From Pseudomonadales bacterium (GTDB lineage Bacteria > Pseudomonadota > Gammaproteobacteria > Pseudomonadales > UBA7434), in contig OZ253667.1 in NCBI GenBank assembly GCA_965263235.1, positions 1,617,796 to 1,681,795 of the forward strand: DNA of 64,000 nucleotides, given 5' to 3'. Position numbers and translations under genes: made by a program. Of the stretch, positions 28,533 through 38,813 are shown piece by piece (positions within the stretch are counted from its first letter, which is position 1; every line of letters begins with the position of its first letter). Below the pieces are notes generated by a model. The model did not search any database. It was given only the letters and a program-made list of their open reading frames with translations, and was not told where the DNA came from.

Positions 28533-30815
28533 GTGAAAACGGATAAGTCACTGAAAATATGCTTAATAATTATGAAATACGAAGTCATCGCGAAATTGAA
28601 ATCGCTCGTTTTTGAGAGCCCAAATTTCAACGCGACAACCCGCAATGCGCTAATCTATCTGCCGCTGTTGCTATTTGGCGTTTCTACGCTTATTGCCATG
28701 AACAGCATATCGCAGGCGAATTACACGTTCGCGCTGATGAATTGCTGTATCGGTCTACTGTTGCTAGTAGTGATAAAACTGGCCAGGGAAAATCAAACGG
28801 AGTTGGCGGGCAATGTCTTTGCGTTGAGTAATGTTTTTAGCGCCATCGCGATTGCAATGCATCTTAATTCGGCGCCGTACGGTATGTACATTATCGCGCC
28901 GGCACTCGCGTTATTCCTGGTGATGACAACGAGCTTCGTTACAGGTGCACTTACGATCATATCGATAGGTATCGCGCTAACCACTGGTGTTACCATCGGT
29001 GTAGCAGAATATGATCCCTCAGCGACGCCCGGCCAGATGCTTCGTGCCTTATGGATAGCGTTAGCTTGTACTTTTGTTGCCGCTACAATTTACAGGCGTG
29101 GCTGGGAAAAAAACCTGTTTAACCTAAACCAGGCTAATGAGCAGCTCAAAGAAAAAGATCGCTCACTGCAAAAAATCCAGTCAATTACTAAATCAATTTC
29201 TTTCTCTTATCACGCTAATACTGACACGCTGATGTTGTTGGATGGAGAGGGGAATAATTTGACCGTAAAACACCTTTCCTATCATTCGGCACTCGATAAC
29301 AAAGCTGTAGACGCTATCCTGGATCAGCAGATCTGGACGCACCTATTTCGGATGTTAACAAGCGGTGACTTGTCTACATTTGGAACTAAAGATGAAACGG
29401 TTAAGATAGGGGATAGCTGGTACCATTTTCTGGCAGAAAGCGTTAGTGAAGATGCTTCTAACGATCAAGAGCTGATCGGTGCTTACAGTGATATTAGCCA
29501 TATAAAAGGGCTAGAGAGCAAGCTCGAGCACTACGCGAAATATGATGAAACTACTGGCCTCATGAATCGCTGGTATTTTATGGATCAGGCGAAAGAGTTA
29601 CTCTCGCTACCCGTATTAAATAAAAAACTATTTTATCTTTTCTTGGATTTAGACGGGTTGAAGCGAATAAACGATACGTCAGGTCATGCGGCTGGCGACA
29701 AGCTTATAACTATTGTTGGTGAACTGGTACAAGATATGCTGCCCGAAGGTTCAATTACCAGCCGTCTTGGTGGCGACGAGTTTGCTGCAATTTATCCGGC
29801 CGAAGATGAACATATCGCTTATCAACTAGCAGATTATCTCCGTGAAAGCATATCTAACGCCGGTTACTTTTGGGGAACAGGAACTGAAATCGGCGCATCT
29901 ATAGGCTTAGTAGAGCTGTTAGAAAACACTTCAATAGAAGAAGCTTACAGTTTAAGCGATATCGCCTGCATGCAAGCGAAGAGATCCGGAAAAAACAAGG
30001 TTGTATTAACGCATTCTGACGCAAGCAATCCGGAAATGCGGACGTCCCGTAACAAAATGATCAACCAGATCCAGCTCGGGCTAGCGGGCAACGGTTTCTC
30101 ACTGTATCGGCAGGAAGTTGTCTCTCTTAAAAAAGGCTGTGGCGTCAAAAAATACGAAATCCTTCTTCGCCTTAAAGACGAGCAAGGTAATCTTGTGCCC
30201 ACGGCAGAGTTTTTATCAATTGCTGAAGGTTTTGGCTACATTAAGCGCATTGATCGCTGGGTTGTAAACGAGATTATCAAGCACATAGAGAACACAGGCG
30301 CCGAAGAGGAATATTGGGTTAATCTTTCGGGTCACTCAGTAAGTGATGAGTCGTTCTGTAACTACTTATTGGACCTGGTAAGACAGTCGGATATTCGGCC
30401 TGGTCAGCTTAACTTCGAAATTACTGAAACCGTAGCTATTGAGAGCAGCGACATCGCCGCAGATATGATTGTGAGGATGCAAAAGTTAGGCGCTAAAATT
30501 GCGCTTGATGATTTTGGCGTTGGGCATGCGTCATTTGCAAATCTGCGGTCATTGCCGATCGACGTTGTGAAAATCGATGGCTCTTACGTAAGGAATATTT
30601 TGAACAATGAAGTAGATCGTGTATTTACATCAACCATCATCCAGAACACACATGCGTTAGGTAAGCAGATCGTAGCCGAGTTTGTCGAAAGCCAGGAAAT
30701 TGCCGATGAGCTTCTAAAAATGGGCGCGGACTTTGTCCAGGGGTTTCACTTTGGCCAGCCGGAACCATTTATGGACGATGAGAACGTGAGTCAGCGAGGC
30801 TCACCGTTAGGCTAG
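28533..30815 (+). CDS. membrane-anchored GGDEF-EAL c-di-GMP turnover protein
   Basis: About 5 N-terminal hydrophobic helices, a coiled linker, an intact GGDEF (RLGGDEFAAI), and an EAL domain (YEILLRL, FEITET, DDFGVGHASF, KIDGSY, QGF). The start is uncertain: GTG 28533 or ATG 28572. Confidence 0.85.
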   Translation: MKTDKSLKICLIIMKYEVIAKLKSLVFESPNFNATTRNALIYLPLLLFGVSTLIAMNSISQANYTFALMNCCIGLLLLVVIKLARENQTELAGNVFALSNVFSAIAIAMHLNSAPYGMYIIAPALALFLVMTTSFVTGALTIISIGIALTTGVTIGVAEYDPSATPGQMLRALWIALACTFVAATIYRRGWEKNLFNLNQANEQLKEKDRSLQKIQSITKSISFSYHANTDTLMLLDGEGNNLTVKHLSYHSALDNKAVDAILDQQIWTHLFRMLTSGDLSTFGTKDETVKIGDSWYHFLAESVSEDASNDQELIGAYSDISHIKGLESKLEHYAKYDETTGLMNRWYFMDQAKELLSLPVLNKKLFYLFLDLDGLKRINDTSGHAAGDKLITIVGELVQDMLPEGSITSRLGGDEFAAIYPAEDEHIAYQLADYLRESISNAGYFWGTGTEIGASIGLVELLENTSIEEAYSLSDIACMQAKRSGKNKVVLTHSDASNPEMRTSRNKMINQIQLGLAGNGFSLYRQEVVSLKKGCGVKKYEILLRLKDEQGNLVPTAEFLSIAEGFGYIKRIDRWVVNEIIKHIENTGAEEEYWVNLSGHSVSDESFCNYLLDLVRQSDIRPGQLNFEITETVAIESSDIAADMIVRMQKLGAKIALDDFGVGHASFANLRSLPIDVVKIDGSYVRNILNNEVDRVFTSTIIQNTHALGKQIVAEFVESQEIADELLKMGADFVQGFHFGQPEPFMDDENVSQRGSPLG

Positions 30816-30891
30816 CGGTCGCAAATTATGATGATGCGCGTAAAATGCTCTATTGTATTTGAGTCCAATAATTTTCAGCTTCATACAATTA

Positions 30892-32127
30892 TTATTCGGA
30901 TATGCTCGGGTGTCGAAATACCAATGAAGTATTGATGCCACCAAAGGCGAAGTTGTTACTCATGATATACGAAGCTTTAAAGCGTCTTCCATCTCCCATT
31001 ATATAGTCTAAATTGCCGCACTCAGGGTCAGCTTCTTTGAGATTGTGAGTAGGAGCGAACCATCCTTCATTCATCATATTTATACTCGCCCACGCTTCGA
31101 TCGCTCCGCAAGCACCAAGCGTGTGCCCAATATGCCCCTTGAGAGTACTGACAGGTACGCCATCTCCAAATACTCTTGCTGTGGCATTTGATTCCGCTAC
31201 GTCGCCACGATCTGTTGCTGTCCCGTGCGCGTTAACATACCCGATTTTATCCGGGCTTAAATTAGCGTTTTCCAAGGCAAGCTCCATCGCGATTTGCATC
31301 GTATGAGTATTTGGTTGCGTAACGTGACAACCATCGGAGTTGGAACCATAGCCCACTATCTCAGCGTAAATATTTGCGCCCCGTGCTTTAGCATGTTCAA
31401 GTTCTTCTAGTACCAGAGTTCCCGCTCCTTCACCAATAACCAGGCCGTCTCGATTGCTGTCAAAAGGGCAGGGTGTGGCGCTCGGCATATCATTTTTCGC
31501 GCTCGTAGCGTAAAGCGTGTCAAAAACGGCCGCCTCGGTTGGGCATAGCTCTTCTGCGCCACCGGATAACATGACAGTTTGCTGACCGCTCGCAATTGCT
31601 TCATATGCGAGGCCAATACCCTGACTGCCTGAGGTGCACGCAGTGGATGTGGTGTAGGTTCTTCCTTTTAAACCAAAGAATACACAGATGTTAACAGACG
31701 TCGTATGAGCCATCATCCTGATGTACGTGGTTGCAGTGATATTGCTCATATCACCATCACTAAGCATCTTTCCGAAGTCTAATACCGCATCTGTACTTCC
31801 CGTTGATGAACCGTACGAAACACCAGTTTTACCACTTTGCAAGATAGGGTGATCGGTTAGTCTGGCGTCATCTAACGCCATCTCGGTGGAGCGGACTGCG
31901 AGCAATGAAACTCTACCCATGGAACGGGTTTTCTTTCTAGGATAGTTAGGTTGTACAAAGTCTTCGATAGGGCCGGCTAAACGTGTATTTAAATCGGTAT
32001 ATTGCTCCCAGCTCGGCATGAATTGGATGCCACTTTTTCCTGCCTTCAAATTTCGACTAAATTCATCCCAATTTGAGCCAAGAGAGGTGAGAACCCCCAT
32101 ACCCGTAACCACAACGCGCTTAGGCAT
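30892..32127 (-). CDS. beta-ketoacyl-ACP synthase (FabF/FabB-like; ApeR-like)
   Basis: Cys-His-His contexts TSTACTSGSQ, NAHGTATDRGD and GHIGHTLGACG, plus C-terminal NNFAFGGINTSLVF. Confidence 0.9.
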   Translation of the reverse strand: MPKRVVVTGMGVLTSLGSNWDEFSRNLKAGKSGIQFMPSWEQYTDLNTRLAGPIEDFVQPNYPRKKTRSMGRVSLLAVRSTEMALDDARLTDHPILQSGKTGVSYGSSTGSTDAVLDFGKMLSDGDMSNITATTYIRMMAHTTSVNICVFFGLKGRTYTTSTACTSGSQGIGLAYEAIASGQQTVMLSGGAEELCPTEAAVFDTLYATSAKNDMPSATPCPFDSNRDGLVIGEGAGTLVLEELEHAKARGANIYAEIVGYGSNSDGCHVTQPNTHTMQIAMELALENANLSPDKIGYVNAHGTATDRGDVAESNATARVFGDGVPVSTLKGHIGHTLGACGAIEAWASINMMNEGWFAPTHNLKEADPECGNLDYIMGDGRRFKASYIMSNNFAFGGINTSLVFRHPSISE

Positions 32128-32858
32128 TAAAGCATTCCTCCATTGACCGAAATAACTTGTCGAGTGATGTACGAAGATTCCTGGGACACTAAAAAGCTGA
32201 CAGCCGCTGCAACCTCATGTGGTTGTCCTATGCGATTCATAGGAATCATTTTTAGTGCTTCATTTTGAGGAAGAGCTTCAAGCATATCGGTTTCTATCAT
32301 TCCAGGCGCAACGCAATTTACGGTTATCTTACGCTTAGCGAGTTCGACGGCAAGCGCTTTAGTCGCGCCTATAATTCCAGCTTTGCTCGCACTATAGTTT
32401 ACTTGACCTCTATTGCCCATAAGCCCGGAAACTGAAGATATTGTAACGATCCGACCGGCGCTTTTGCGCCTAATCATCGGCATAACAACTGGGTGAAGAA
32501 CGTTGTAAAAACCGTCCAGGTTCGTATGTATTACATTATTCCAATCGCTTTCCGATAGGGCAGGGAATGCACCATCAATAGCTAGGCCAGCGTTACACAC
32601 GACTCCATAGTATGCGCCGTTTTCCGCAATATCATTTTCAAGAGTTACCCGAGTAGATATTTGGTCTGAAATATCCATTTGAAGCAATCGGCCCCTTCCT
32701 CCCTGTTTCATTATCTGCTCGAGAACTTCTTGCGCCTGAGTAGTGCTTTTTCGATAGTGAATTACAACGCAATATCCATCAGAACTCAAACGAAGTGCTA
32801 TTGCTTTACCTATTCCCCGGCTTGCACCGGTGACCAAGACTGTTTCCATGAACCTCAA
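32127..32858 (-). CDS. 3-oxoacyl-ACP reductase (FabG-like; ApeQ-like)
   Basis: TGASRGIGKAIA, NAG, and YSASKAG (YxxxK). The start may instead be the Met of METVLV (32849). Confidence 0.9.
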   Translation of the reverse strand: MRFMETVLVTGASRGIGKAIALRLSSDGYCVVIHYRKSTTQAQEVLEQIMKQGGRGRLLQMDISDQISTRVTLENDIAENGAYYGVVCNAGLAIDGAFPALSESDWNNVIHTNLDGFYNVLHPVVMPMIRRKSAGRIVTISSVSGLMGNRGQVNYSASKAGIIGATKALAVELAKRKITVNCVAPGMIETDMLEALPQNEALKMIPMNRIGQPHEVAAAVSFLVSQESSYITRQVISVNGGML

Positions 32859-33313
32859 ATACTCTTAAATATAGCTTGTGAATCATCAGGCATTATCGCC
32901 TTAACGTCCGCGCGTGCAAGCAATCGTTTTTGCTCGTCGTGAATAGTGCAGTCGAAAAGAGCTAAGCCGTCATCACTAAGTAGTGAGCATTCTATACTTA
33001 CCGTTAGTAGTGCGTTAGCATCAAAACTTGTCAGAAATGACTCGTATTTTCTGGTTCCAAGTAAAAAGCCTAGCTTTAAGGGGGACTTATTTTGCTTTGC
33101 TTGAATGCCCGCAAAAATAGCTATACTTTGCGCCATATATTCTAAACCTACCCATGCAGGGACCGATCCATTAGCGCCCGTAAATATAGAAGGAATACTT
33201 AAGTCGATATAAGTTTCTAGCTGATCTTCAGAATAGTGTCGAATCCCTGTGACGAGCATCATGGGTTTCCTATGCAAAAGAAACTCAGAGGGATTGTCCA
33301 AATTCATATCCAT
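32855..33313 (-). CDS. hotdog-fold 3-hydroxyacyl-ACP dehydratase (ApeP-like)
   Basis: 152 aa, with WVGLEYMAQSIAIFAG resembling the FabA/FabZ-like central-helix region. 4-nt overlap with the KR gene. Confidence 0.6.
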   Translation of the reverse strand: MDMNLDNPSEFLLHRKPMMLVTGIRHYSEDQLETYIDLSIPSIFTGANGSVPAWVGLEYMAQSIAIFAGIQAKQNKSPLKLGFLLGTRKYESFLTSFDANALLTVSIECSLLSDDGLALFDCTIHDEQKRLLARADVKAIMPDDSQAIFKSI

Positions 33314-33326
33314 TAGCGATGCGAAC

Positions 33327-33881
33327 CTAGTAGTTCGGGCCCAACTCCTCGAGAGACTGCAATTCCAGCCTATACCTATTTGTACTATTAACTAGAATGA
33401 GGTGCCTTGGAGACCCAGAAAGAGCGGCATTATACGTGATTTGCACAGAGGTGGCAGATTCTTCGTCGTATAGTTTTAGGTGAGTATCATCGCCATCAAG
33501 CCTGTTACCATAAAAATGTTTCAAGCTGGATCGAGGCCAAAGTAGCAGTTGAAGATCCCTAAACAATATGTCTGGATTCAGAGATAGTACTTCGTATCGT
33601 GGTTTTGCCGTTGAAAGAACGCCGTTGACTAACTGAAACGAGATCGCAGACCGCCCAAAATTACCGAGAAGCGCAAAGTTGGTTGTGGACACATTGGCCT
33701 CAACAACTAGTTCATAGCTTTTTAAAGCTTGGTTCTCTTGTGCTATGGTCAGCTGCCCTCGATAGAAACCTGGCGGCAGGTCAGCAGCTGATACATATGA
33801 GATTTCTTTAGTCTCAATAGCCCCGCAGCTCGTAAGCAATAATATTAATGATAGAAATAGTTGTTGGCTCAATCTACGCAT
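33327..33881 (-). CDS. lipoprotein (DUF3261/ApeN-like position)
   Basis: Signal peptide with lipobox LLLTS-C. 184 aa. Overlaps the MMPL gene by 8 nt. Confidence 0.55.
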   Translation of the reverse strand: MRRLSQQLFLSLILLLTSCGAIETKEISYVSAADLPPGFYRGQLTIAQENQALKSYELVVEANVSTTNFALLGNFGRSAISFQLVNGVLSTAKPRYEVLSLNPDILFRDLQLLLWPRSSLKHFYGNRLDGDDTHLKLYDEESATSVQITYNAALSGSPRHLILVNSTNRYRLELQSLEELGPNY

Positions 33882-36255
33882 CGACTGGCTCTGCTTGATT
33901 CGTTGCTTTTACTGGCCCAACGAGAATCAGTCTAAAGGCTGGTACGAGAGTAAGATTAAATACGCTTCCGAGCAATACAGTAACGCCGAATGCACTAATC
34001 ATTGGAGTACTACTAAATGAGAGCAAGCCAAAAGAAAGGCAGCTAGTTAATGCTGATAAAAATATAGCAGCTAAACACCGGGATTCATTTTTTCTGGGGC
34101 TGTTTAAAAAGATACCGTAGTCAAGTCCAAGGCCAAGTACAAGGAACAAGCCGAAGAAATGGAACAGGCTAAGATGAACATCAAAATAGCTCAGAATTGC
34201 CAGGGTGAGAGCTGTGCTCAACAAAGGCGTTGCAACTATAAGTGCAGCAGTAACCACACGATGATAAATAGAGATAATAGCGGTCACAACAATATAAGCC
34301 ACCATAAGTATTTTCATTGCATGGTCTTGTTGCAATTGAAGGCTTTTATCCAAGCGCTCGACCTGATCAATAAATAAAACCTGATCCATTTTGTCAGCAA
34401 TGCTGCGAAGTGCTTCTAGATCCGTAATTCCACGCAGTGTGATTATTGATGCCCATTCGTTCGACACTTTTCCCAACCATAATGAAGTAATTCTTGGGTC
34501 GTCTAAACCTCGCCAAACATCACTTGTGAGGGGATTATTCACTGCAGTCGCAAACTCCCGAAAGTACGTTTTAATCGCTTTTTCATTCAGCCCCAAATCT
34601 CTCATCAATTCTTTTGCGTTAATTTCACTGTGGAGGCCTTCTAAAAGTGCATAATTTTCGCGTTGATAATGTTCCGAGGGCCAATAGTTGCTAATAGCGT
34701 CAAACCCCAGAATTACCTCGCGCTCAACGAGTTTTTTTAATTCTTCGCCGAGGTTTTCTTCTTGTATTAACAAACGTTCGACCGAGCTTTCGCTCACAAG
34801 GAAGTAGTGCGTGGGCGAACGGCCGGCGAGTACAGAGTTAATGTGCTCCTCTTCAAAAATTAGTTGTGGGGAGGGCGTATGCAGTGCCCGAGAGTTCAAG
34901 GATATTTCAGTTCTAGTAGCAACGAACCAAATTGCGGTTAGCCCCGCTAATAATACAAGTATGACTAGTTTGCGATAGCTGATTTGCTTCCATAATCTAA
35001 TGCCAGCGATCGCGAGGTTATTAAGCAGTTTAGGTTGATAACCAGACCGTCTATTTGGCAATAATGGAAAAATGGCCATAACAAATAGCCAGCTACTAAT
35101 AAGACCTGTCGCGGAAAATGCCGCAATCTGCTTCAGCCCTGTCAAAGAAGAAAACCATAAACAGCTAGCGGCGATCACCGTCGTTACCAGGCCCACAAGC
35201 ATTTCAGGAAAAATGTCAGTCAAACTATTTGTGTTTTTTTTAAATTGATAGTGCCAAGCAAAAAAGTGTAAGCAGTAGTCGATGGCTATACCTATTAGGC
35301 TTGCGCCAAACACTAAAGTAAAAATATGAATACCATTAAAAAACGTGTGGACTATAGCGATAGCAGCAAAGCACCCAAAACCGATAGCGAGTAGGCTGCA
35401 GACTAACGGTATTGTGCTGCGATATGCCCATATAAAAAGTAATATAATGCCCGTGATGGACCCTACTGCTACAATCTGAACTTCATGCTTGGATTTGCTA
35501 GCAGTTTTCGCGGAGTGGAAAAGTAATCCTGATCGATAGGTGTTAATATCGTCTGGTAATTCATTTATCAACTTTTGAATATACCGGTCGACACGCTCTT
35601 GATAGCCAAGATTTAAAGCGCTCTCTTTTAGGCTCAGTATAATGACGGCCGAGCGCGTAGAATCGTGATGATCAATCCATAGTAGCCCGCCATCTTCGTA
35701 AACTTCGGAGAAACCTGTTTGTCCGCTTGCATACCAGTCCGAAAATAGTCCCAATGGATCTCTAGTGACAGGTATTGTGGAGGAAATATTACTCGTTAAG
35801 CTATATATATTTGAGTACGCATTTTCTTTTAACTCATCATATCTCTTTTCTTCTAGCGCTCGGCGAGAATTTTTACTAAGCAATCCAAAGCGATAGCCCG
35901 CTATGTCTTTTGCGTTCAAGTTCCATTCTGTGCCAATGGTTTCGCGCTTAAAGAGGCCGCTCTTATGAAGCTCGGTACTAACGTGAAAAGCTTCGCTTTC
36001 TATATTCCGGTCGCTACTAAGCATAAGTAAAATATTAGAGCTACCAAGCTCAACCATTTTGTCGGTGGCAGCTTGCTCAAGCATAGAGCGCTGATTACGT
36101 GGCAGAACGCTAGTTAAGTCTGTTTCGACCTGGAAGCCATCTTTGACAATTTGGTATGTCAGGGCTGAAGAAAATATAGTAACTAAGATAAAAACAAACC
36201 GTATTATCGTCTGTTTTTCAAAGAACAAATGATCGGGCGGGGCTTTGCTTTCCAT
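33874..36255 (-). CDS. MMPL/RND-superfamily exporter (ApeM-like)
   Basis: 793 aa. Two clusters of about 5-6 hydrophobic helices, each preceded by a soluble domain. This is the typical MMPL layout. Confidence 0.75.
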   Translation of the reverse strand: MESKAPPDHLFFEKQTIIRFVFILVTIFSSALTYQIVKDGFQVETDLTSVLPRNQRSMLEQAATDKMVELGSSNILLMLSSDRNIESEAFHVSTELHKSGLFKRETIGTEWNLNAKDIAGYRFGLLSKNSRRALEEKRYDELKENAYSNIYSLTSNISSTIPVTRDPLGLFSDWYASGQTGFSEVYEDGGLLWIDHHDSTRSAVIILSLKESALNLGYQERVDRYIQKLINELPDDINTYRSGLLFHSAKTASKSKHEVQIVAVGSITGIILLFIWAYRSTIPLVCSLLAIGFGCFAAIAIVHTFFNGIHIFTLVFGASLIGIAIDYCLHFFAWHYQFKKNTNSLTDIFPEMLVGLVTTVIAASCLWFSSLTGLKQIAAFSATGLISSWLFVMAIFPLLPNRRSGYQPKLLNNLAIAGIRLWKQISYRKLVILVLLAGLTAIWFVATRTEISLNSRALHTPSPQLIFEEEHINSVLAGRSPTHYFLVSESSVERLLIQEENLGEELKKLVEREVILGFDAISNYWPSEHYQRENYALLEGLHSEINAKELMRDLGLNEKAIKTYFREFATAVNNPLTSDVWRGLDDPRITSLWLGKVSNEWASIITLRGITDLEALRSIADKMDQVLFIDQVERLDKSLQLQQDHAMKILMVAYIVVTAIISIYHRVVTAALIVATPLLSTALTLAILSYFDVHLSLFHFFGLFLVLGLGLDYGIFLNSPRKNESRCLAAIFLSALTSCLSFGLLSFSSTPMISAFGVTVLLGSVFNLTLVPAFRLILVGPVKATNQAEPVDA

Positions 36256-36276
36256 TACGTCAAAATGATAGTTGAC

Positions 36277-36894
36277 TTAAAGTGGAGAAAATAGGTGTTT
36301 TTTATCAGGAGAGGGGGTTTCTAATTCGTAGGTGTTCGAAAAAGAAATTTGTGTCCGCTCTCCGCTAACGGCGAAAATAGTCACTTCCTTAAGGTATGTC
36401 TGTCCCGACAACGATATTGTTGAGATGTTATTTTTTATGGCTTTCATTTTGGGTGAAAGCTCTATGCTCCATGCACTTTCATTGCGCTCAACTTTTTCGG
36501 CTTCAAACATCTTATTTAGTTGGCTAGAGTCTGCTCCAAATAATGACAAGATAACTTTATTAACGTGCCTTTGTATAACATCGCTTGATTCATCGGCGGT
36601 TACTTCACCATTCGAGTTCCAGCTAAGTGTTTTGTTTTTGTTATAGGTAGTTGCATGAAAATAGGGCTTATTTATTTCCCAATATAAGCCTTGGTTTCGC
36701 CAAAAATAAAACCTGCCGGAAGATAAGACCTCTTTAGAGAACCCTTTGATCGTACGTACTTGGTTGAAATCACCTCCTACGAAATTCTGAAGACTAAGCT
36801 CTTTGGTAAGCTCATCTATAGTTAGAGCATTGCTGTTCTGCGAAAAAACATTGGCGGAACAAAAATATAATAGTAAGAAAACAAAGGCGCGCAT
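36277..36894 (-). CDS. LolA-like periplasmic lipid/lipoprotein carrier (ApeL-like)
   Basis: Cleavable signal peptide MRAFVFLLLYFCSANVFSQ. 205 aa and beta-rich. Position between the thioesterase and MMPL genes as in APE clusters. Confidence 0.55.
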   Translation of the reverse strand: MRAFVFLLLYFCSANVFSQNSNALTIDELTKELSLQNFVGGDFNQVRTIKGFSKEVLSSGRFYFWRNQGLYWEINKPYFHATTYNKNKTLSWNSNGEVTADESSDVIQRHVNKVILSLFGADSSQLNKMFEAEKVERNESAWSIELSPKMKAIKNNISTISLSGQTYLKEVTIFAVSGERTQISFSNTYELETPSPDKKHLFSPL

Positions 36895-36896
36895 AT

Positions 36897-37301
36897 TTAA
36901 CTTTCTTTAAGTCGCTGCAAAAAAATTTTAGGGCTTTCAAAACAAGTTTCTCTTGACTTAATTTCGACAGCCATTTGGGTGGTTGTGGCCTTGCTTAAAC
37001 GATCACCAGATTGAGCGTCTCGCACTAAATATTTGATCTTAAGCCGATGCTCCCATTCTATTATCGTTGCTTCTATATTTACTTTCTGCTTGTATATTAG
37101 CGGTTTGATGTACTTTACTCGAAGATCAACTACCGGCCACGCGTGCCCGTTATCAAACATCTCATCATAGTTGTAGTTTATAGATTCAAGCAGAGCACAC
37201 CGAGCAACCTCCAGATAACGGATGTAAGTCCCGTGCCAGACTACGTTCATGGGGTCGCAGTCATGGAAATGAACATCTATTTGTGTAGTAAAGCTTTTCA
37301 T
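36897..37301 (-). CDS. 4HBT/YbgC-type hotdog acyl-(ACP/CoA) thioesterase (ApeK-like)
   Basis: DVHFHDCDPMNVVWHGTYIRYLEVAR carries the 4HBT catalytic-Asp context. 134 aa. Confidence 0.75.
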   Translation of the reverse strand: MKSFTTQIDVHFHDCDPMNVVWHGTYIRYLEVARCALLESINYNYDEMFDNGHAWPVVDLRVKYIKPLIYKQKVNIEATIIEWEHRLKIKYLVRDAQSGDRLSKATTTQMAVEIKSRETCFESPKIFLQRLKES

Positions 37302-38038
37302 GCCGATGGCTTAAATTTTAACTTGAGAATTCGATGTAGCTGCGTGAGCATTCCAAAAAAAAGGCGTGCATGCATTTTCGAAATTCTAATATTGTCGTTC
37401 CAAAGGTCGAAATGTGAAGGAATGCTTTCATCGTAACGCACTTTTGTATATACATTTATTACAGGTACGCCAGCCCAATAAAGTCGCACAATGATGTCGG
37501 AGTCGAAGTCCATTCGCGAGCAAACTTTTTGTTTGGCTAGAAGTTCACAAGTTTGCGCAAGTGGATAAACCCGGTACCCACACATGGAATCCTTAATCTG
37601 GGTTGACAGCGTGTTAACACAAACCCAAAAATCGGTAATCATCCGGCCGTACTTTCTATTGTTAGGCATTTCCGCATACGATCTTGCGCCGGATACTATT
37701 GTCTTTGTATTGTTTTTTGCTGTGGAAATAAACTTAGATATGTCTCCTGGATCATGTTGGCCATCTGCGTCTATTTGAAGTGCGTGCGTGAACCCTTTGC
37801 CAGCCGCGAACTGAAGACCAGTGCAAACTGCTGCCCCTTTCCCTTGATTAGGCTCTAACCGAATCAGCTCGACAGACGTGTTATTCGCAGATAGCTCCTC
37901 CAGAAAATACCGATATCTACAATCGCTGCCGTCATCAACAAGAATGCAGGGGAGTTCTTGAGCATTAACAGAAGCGACAATCTGGCCTATCTTATCTTTA
38001 TGATTATATACAGGGACAATCACGCACGGCTTAAACAT
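37298..38038 (-). CDS. family-2 glycosyltransferase (ApeJ-like)
   Basis: VIVPVYNH, VDDGSD and QIDADGQHD are GT-A/GT2 signatures. Confidence 0.8.
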   Translation of the reverse strand: MFKPCVIVPVYNHKDKIGQIVASVNAQELPCILVDDGSDCRYRYFLEELSANNTSVELIRLEPNQGKGAAVCTGLQFAAGKGFTHALQIDADGQHDPGDISKFISTAKNNTKTIVSGARSYAEMPNNRKYGRMITDFWVCVNTLSTQIKDSMCGYRVYPLAQTCELLAKQKVCSRMDFDSDIIVRLYWAGVPVINVYTKVRYDESIPSHFDLWNDNIRISKMHARLFFGMLTQLHRILKLKFKPSA

Positions 38039-38381
38039 CTTGCCCGCCTATCCTGATTTTACCGGAGGAGAACTGTTGCAGGTTATTGAAATATTTAAAG
38101 CTCAGCAGGGTGCTGTCTTTTGGCAGTTCTAAATCTAGGGATAGTTGCGTGTTTGGAGTGATAGGGTGAGTGAACTTAACTTTGTCCATTGCACCAAAAA
38201 TCAGCTCCCTTTTATAAACACTAGCGAGTTTTAACGCCCAGCCAATCTGGACGACCCCGGGAACCAATGCAAAGTCATTAAAGTGGCCTTGAAAGTACGC
38301 AAGATCTTCGTTGACATAAAGCTTAAATGACGCTTTATTTCTATTGACCTGACTATCTAGAATGGTGGGGAGGTCTAGCAT
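38031..38381 (-). CDS. small hotdog-fold dehydratase-like protein (ApeI-like)
   Basis: FQGHFNDFALVPGVVQIGW is a FabZ/FabA-type His-x-Phe...PG motif. 116 aa. Confidence 0.6.
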   Translation of the reverse strand: MLDLPTILDSQVNRNKASFKLYVNEDLAYFQGHFNDFALVPGVVQIGWALKLASVYKRELIFGAMDKVKFTHPITPNTQLSLDLELPKDSTLLSFKYFNNLQQFSSGKIRIGGQDV

Positions 38382-38422
38382 AATATGCTGCCTGACAACC
38401 AGAACTTAGAGTATCTGTTTTT

Positions 38423-38701
38423 TTAGGCTTCGTTTGATATTTCTTCTTCGTTGGCATTCAACAGGTTATACACCGCATCTACTACATCTTGCACGGTTCT
38501 AACCGATTTGAAATCAGCTGGCTCGATACGCTTTTTGCCCGTTATTTTTTTTAATTTAACAACCATGTCGACGGCATCGATGCTATCAATATCAAGATCT
38601 TCGTAAAGTAACGAGTCGTGACTTATATCGTTTGCCTCGACTTCAAAGAGCTCGACGATAATGCCTTCAAGGTGCTTGTAAATGGATTCTTTAGTTTGCA
38701 T
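38423..38701 (-). CDS. acyl carrier protein
   Basis: 92 aa and acidic, with the phosphopantetheine-Ser context DLDIDSIDAVDMV. Confidence 0.85.
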   Translation of the reverse strand: MQTKESIYKHLEGIIVELFEVEANDISHDSLLYEDLDIDSIDAVDMVVKLKKITGKKRIEPADFKSVRTVQDVVDAVYNLLNANEEEISNEA

Positions 38702-38813
38702 GACTACCCTAAGCTGTACCAGTTAACATTCAATGAAAGCAACGTCAATCTGTCTTTCCACATGTGATCCCTTGCCGATCACATGATAACAAAAATAGAA
38801 CGCAAAGACAGCG

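Noticed and set aside
30892-33313. KS, KR and DH genes as the housekeeping fabF-fabG-fabZ genes.
   Set aside because: They are embedded in operons with a CLF, an aryl ligase, a chorismatase, GT2, MMPL and LolA-like genes. They lack the canonical plsX-fabH-fabD-fabG-acpP-fabF context.
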